Source of the DNA: Balanoglossus misakiensis
Lineage: Eukaryota > Animalia > Hemichordata
Length of the DNA stretch: 64,000 nucleotides
Direction of reading: 5' to 3'
NCBI GenBank assembly: GCA_040954595.2
Contig: CM082576.2
Span: 13,829,129 to 13,893,128 of the forward strand
This document shows, in pieces, positions 61,458 to 64,000 of this stretch; position 1 is the first letter of the stretch; each line of letters begins with the position of its first letter. The notes below the pieces were generated by a model, which was not told the DNA's origin, did no database searches, and worked only from the letters and a program-made list of their open reading frames with translations. The translations under genes were made by a program, and so were the position numbers.

Positions 61458-64000
61458 GTACGTAATCAGTGAATTCTCTTATGTATCACATGCCATGGGT
61501 AATTTTAAGTCCTTATTAATTTGCTGCAGCATTAGCTTTATACCTTGATATGAAATTGTTGATGTTGATGCTGAAGGCCCACGTAGCCTGCAGGGTATTT
61601 CACTGCAGCCGTGTATTTGACACTGAACATAATACAATGGCATGTGATTAATAGCTGTCATGCATAATACTGTCACACCACACTGTGAATTATGTATGGG
61701 ATTTCCCTTCTGAGGTGTGGTTCATTATCAAGTTATATGATTTAAAAGCTGTTAGTTTATATAAAAAAATATAATTAATCTGCTGCCTGTATGCCAGCAT
61801 AATTAATCCAGAATGGACATGGATAAAATTTGTACATCTACCCTGTGCAGTTGTTAACCTTGACTGGATGTACCAGTAGTATATCTGTAGCTGCCTTGTA
61901 ATGTTTCTTGTATTGATTTTCACTGACTTTTCGGCATGGATAATAATTAAGCTGTGTCTCATATTACAACCTGTCTCCAGATCAGACTAACTGCAGATAT
62001 GTCAAACGACAGTGTCGATATAATAAATAAATCAAATACGAAGAGATCATTTCTCAAGATGTCACATGTCCTTCATGGAGGACTGTCCAGAGAATAGCTG
62101 CTTACAATTATGTTAAGAGTGTCTTTAAAATACATTGTAACTGCAGCAGTATTCTGTGCATGGACGTATGTCTTACCCATGCATTATCTTCATTCTGAAT
62201 TAATTATGCTAAAATAAGATAGCTTTCAGTCTCAAAGGCAAATGAATCTGTTCGACTCTGTATAAAATTTGCAAAATTTGTTTGAAATCCTGTAGTTTGA
62301 CAGAGAATACTTGAATCGGAAACATGCATATCAAACATTGTACTATTAATAATATTGCATTGAAAACACTGCGCTGTTCTATTTTAAAATCACAATACAT
62401 GAATTTATATTTAGCCTGGGAAAATAAAATCTGAGGAAAAAATAAAAACGTGCCATTTAACATCAAAATGAGACCTGAGTTACATTTCTCTGGAATCGAC
62501 TGCACTTGTCAAGCCATCAATCTGTCAAGTAATATTGGTTGTGTACGTGTGCCTCTACATGTACTTGTAGTCTTGCAAACACGTAGATATGTAATAGTTA
62601 AACCATCAGCTTGACATTAATAGCCACATAGCTGTCAGACGCCGTGACTCAATATAGATACAGCACAGCGGGTTGGCATGCTCAGTTTTCATTAATTTTC
62701 TGCCATCCACTCTGTAATTATTTCTCTGAAACATCATTCCAAATTAATGTAGTGTGGGTAGTAGAAACGGCGTTCGACAGAAACAAATTTCATGTCTGGA
62801 ATTCGTGGAATTTTTTTTAGCTGTTTACTTCAGATCTCATGTGTACATAAAAATGATAATTCTAATGGGAGCATTTGTAATGACATAAACAGTAGGTATT
62901 CAGCAAATCAATTAGGAATGCAGTGTGATAATGTATTTTCTATTCTGAATGGAATGGGAAAATCAATAAGATGTTAAATTAGACCCCCAAACATTCAATC
63001 ATTATTTCTAGTAACCACAGACCTTATACAATAACAGCAAGTTGTGTTTTTTTTTGCATAATAGAGAAGAAATACATGAAAGCTTAGGGCTGACAAGAAT
63101 GAAAATGATGTTTGTTAACCTGAAGTATGGGTTTCTGCACTGAATAGGATGATTTCCTTAGTCTTTTTTTCCCCTTATTCATTGGCAGTCGACACTTCAG
63201 GGAAACTGTGTGATAAAGCAATCATCCTACAAATGTACATGTATACGGATGGGAATTTCAAACTAAAGTTATGTAGAGTATGCGGTCAAGTTCAAATGAG
63301 TCACGTACAGTGGAATCTGTGATGACAATCTCTCTGATATTACAAATAGTCTTGATTGTATCAAATTAGGGTTACAGATTGATTTCTAAAAAATATTGAC
63401 TTCATTTCGTGAGAGCTAGCTAGCTCTGATACAAAGACAGGATCCGAACTATGAGTTACTGCTAGATATACTTTAGTGGGACTACTATATCTGTATCTAT
63501 AAATTGGTTTGGCATGTTTCCAATATCAGGGTATAATGTGCCTAAATAAAATGAAGTCTATGATCTTCTGCTTCTCATACAATGCAGTATTGCAATCATA
63601 AAATGTACATAACAAAGATCAATAAGTCAAAGCTGATATTGATCTGTTGTTATGAAGTCCAATTTTGGATTGCTTCAAAATCCATTGTCTGAAGAATATG
63701 GTATGCTGACCTAACACATAGCAAATAGGCTGTGGGTTTTCCCTGTTGGGTAACTTGATTAGAGCATTGTAACAGACACTGTGTGTCACCTTAAGCAATT
63801 AATCACAGCCCCCGCTCATTATGAGTGTAATTTTCCCAGACTGAGATGACACGAACATATTTTAAGTGGGGTCATAGGTCATATTTCTTATCACAACAAA
63901 ACATGTCATCATCACATCAGGGGCTTTAAGAAAGAATAAAACAGAAGTTTGCAATAGTATTATTTTTTCTGAACTGAATATTAATCAAGATGTGGTTTGT

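Noticed and set aside
63306-63495. Possible TACAG...CTGTA MITE
   Set aside because: The inverted match is only about 5 nt and there is no second copy in the window.

Overview
Eukaryotic (bilaterian invertebrate-like, AT-rich, intron-rich) genomic DNA. The whole window lies inside one + strand giant spectrin-repeat gene, most similar in style to nesprin-1/SYNE1/Msp300; neither the N-terminal CH domains nor a C-terminal KASH domain is in view. I traced 40 phase-compatible exons from 306 to 61457 (about 20.3 kb CDS, about 6,770 aa). Highlights: (1) an 11.3-kb giant exon (38861-50207) that inserts about 3,800 acidic, low-complexity residues, with a 13x21-aa and a 27x52-aa tandem array, inside a single spectrin repeat; (2) candidate internal alternative first exons in the two largest introns, all ending in phase 0 and in frame with the next exon, encoding different targeting signals (an MGxxxSK myristoylation plus polybasic peptide, a 140-aa NLS-like/acidic domain, a short basic peptide); (3) a four-fold repeated three-exon module, a GC-AG intron, three MITE families, a templated exon-fragment insertion and CTCF-like motifs. 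All exon calls are manual, made from splice signals and reading frame, with no transcript evidence.
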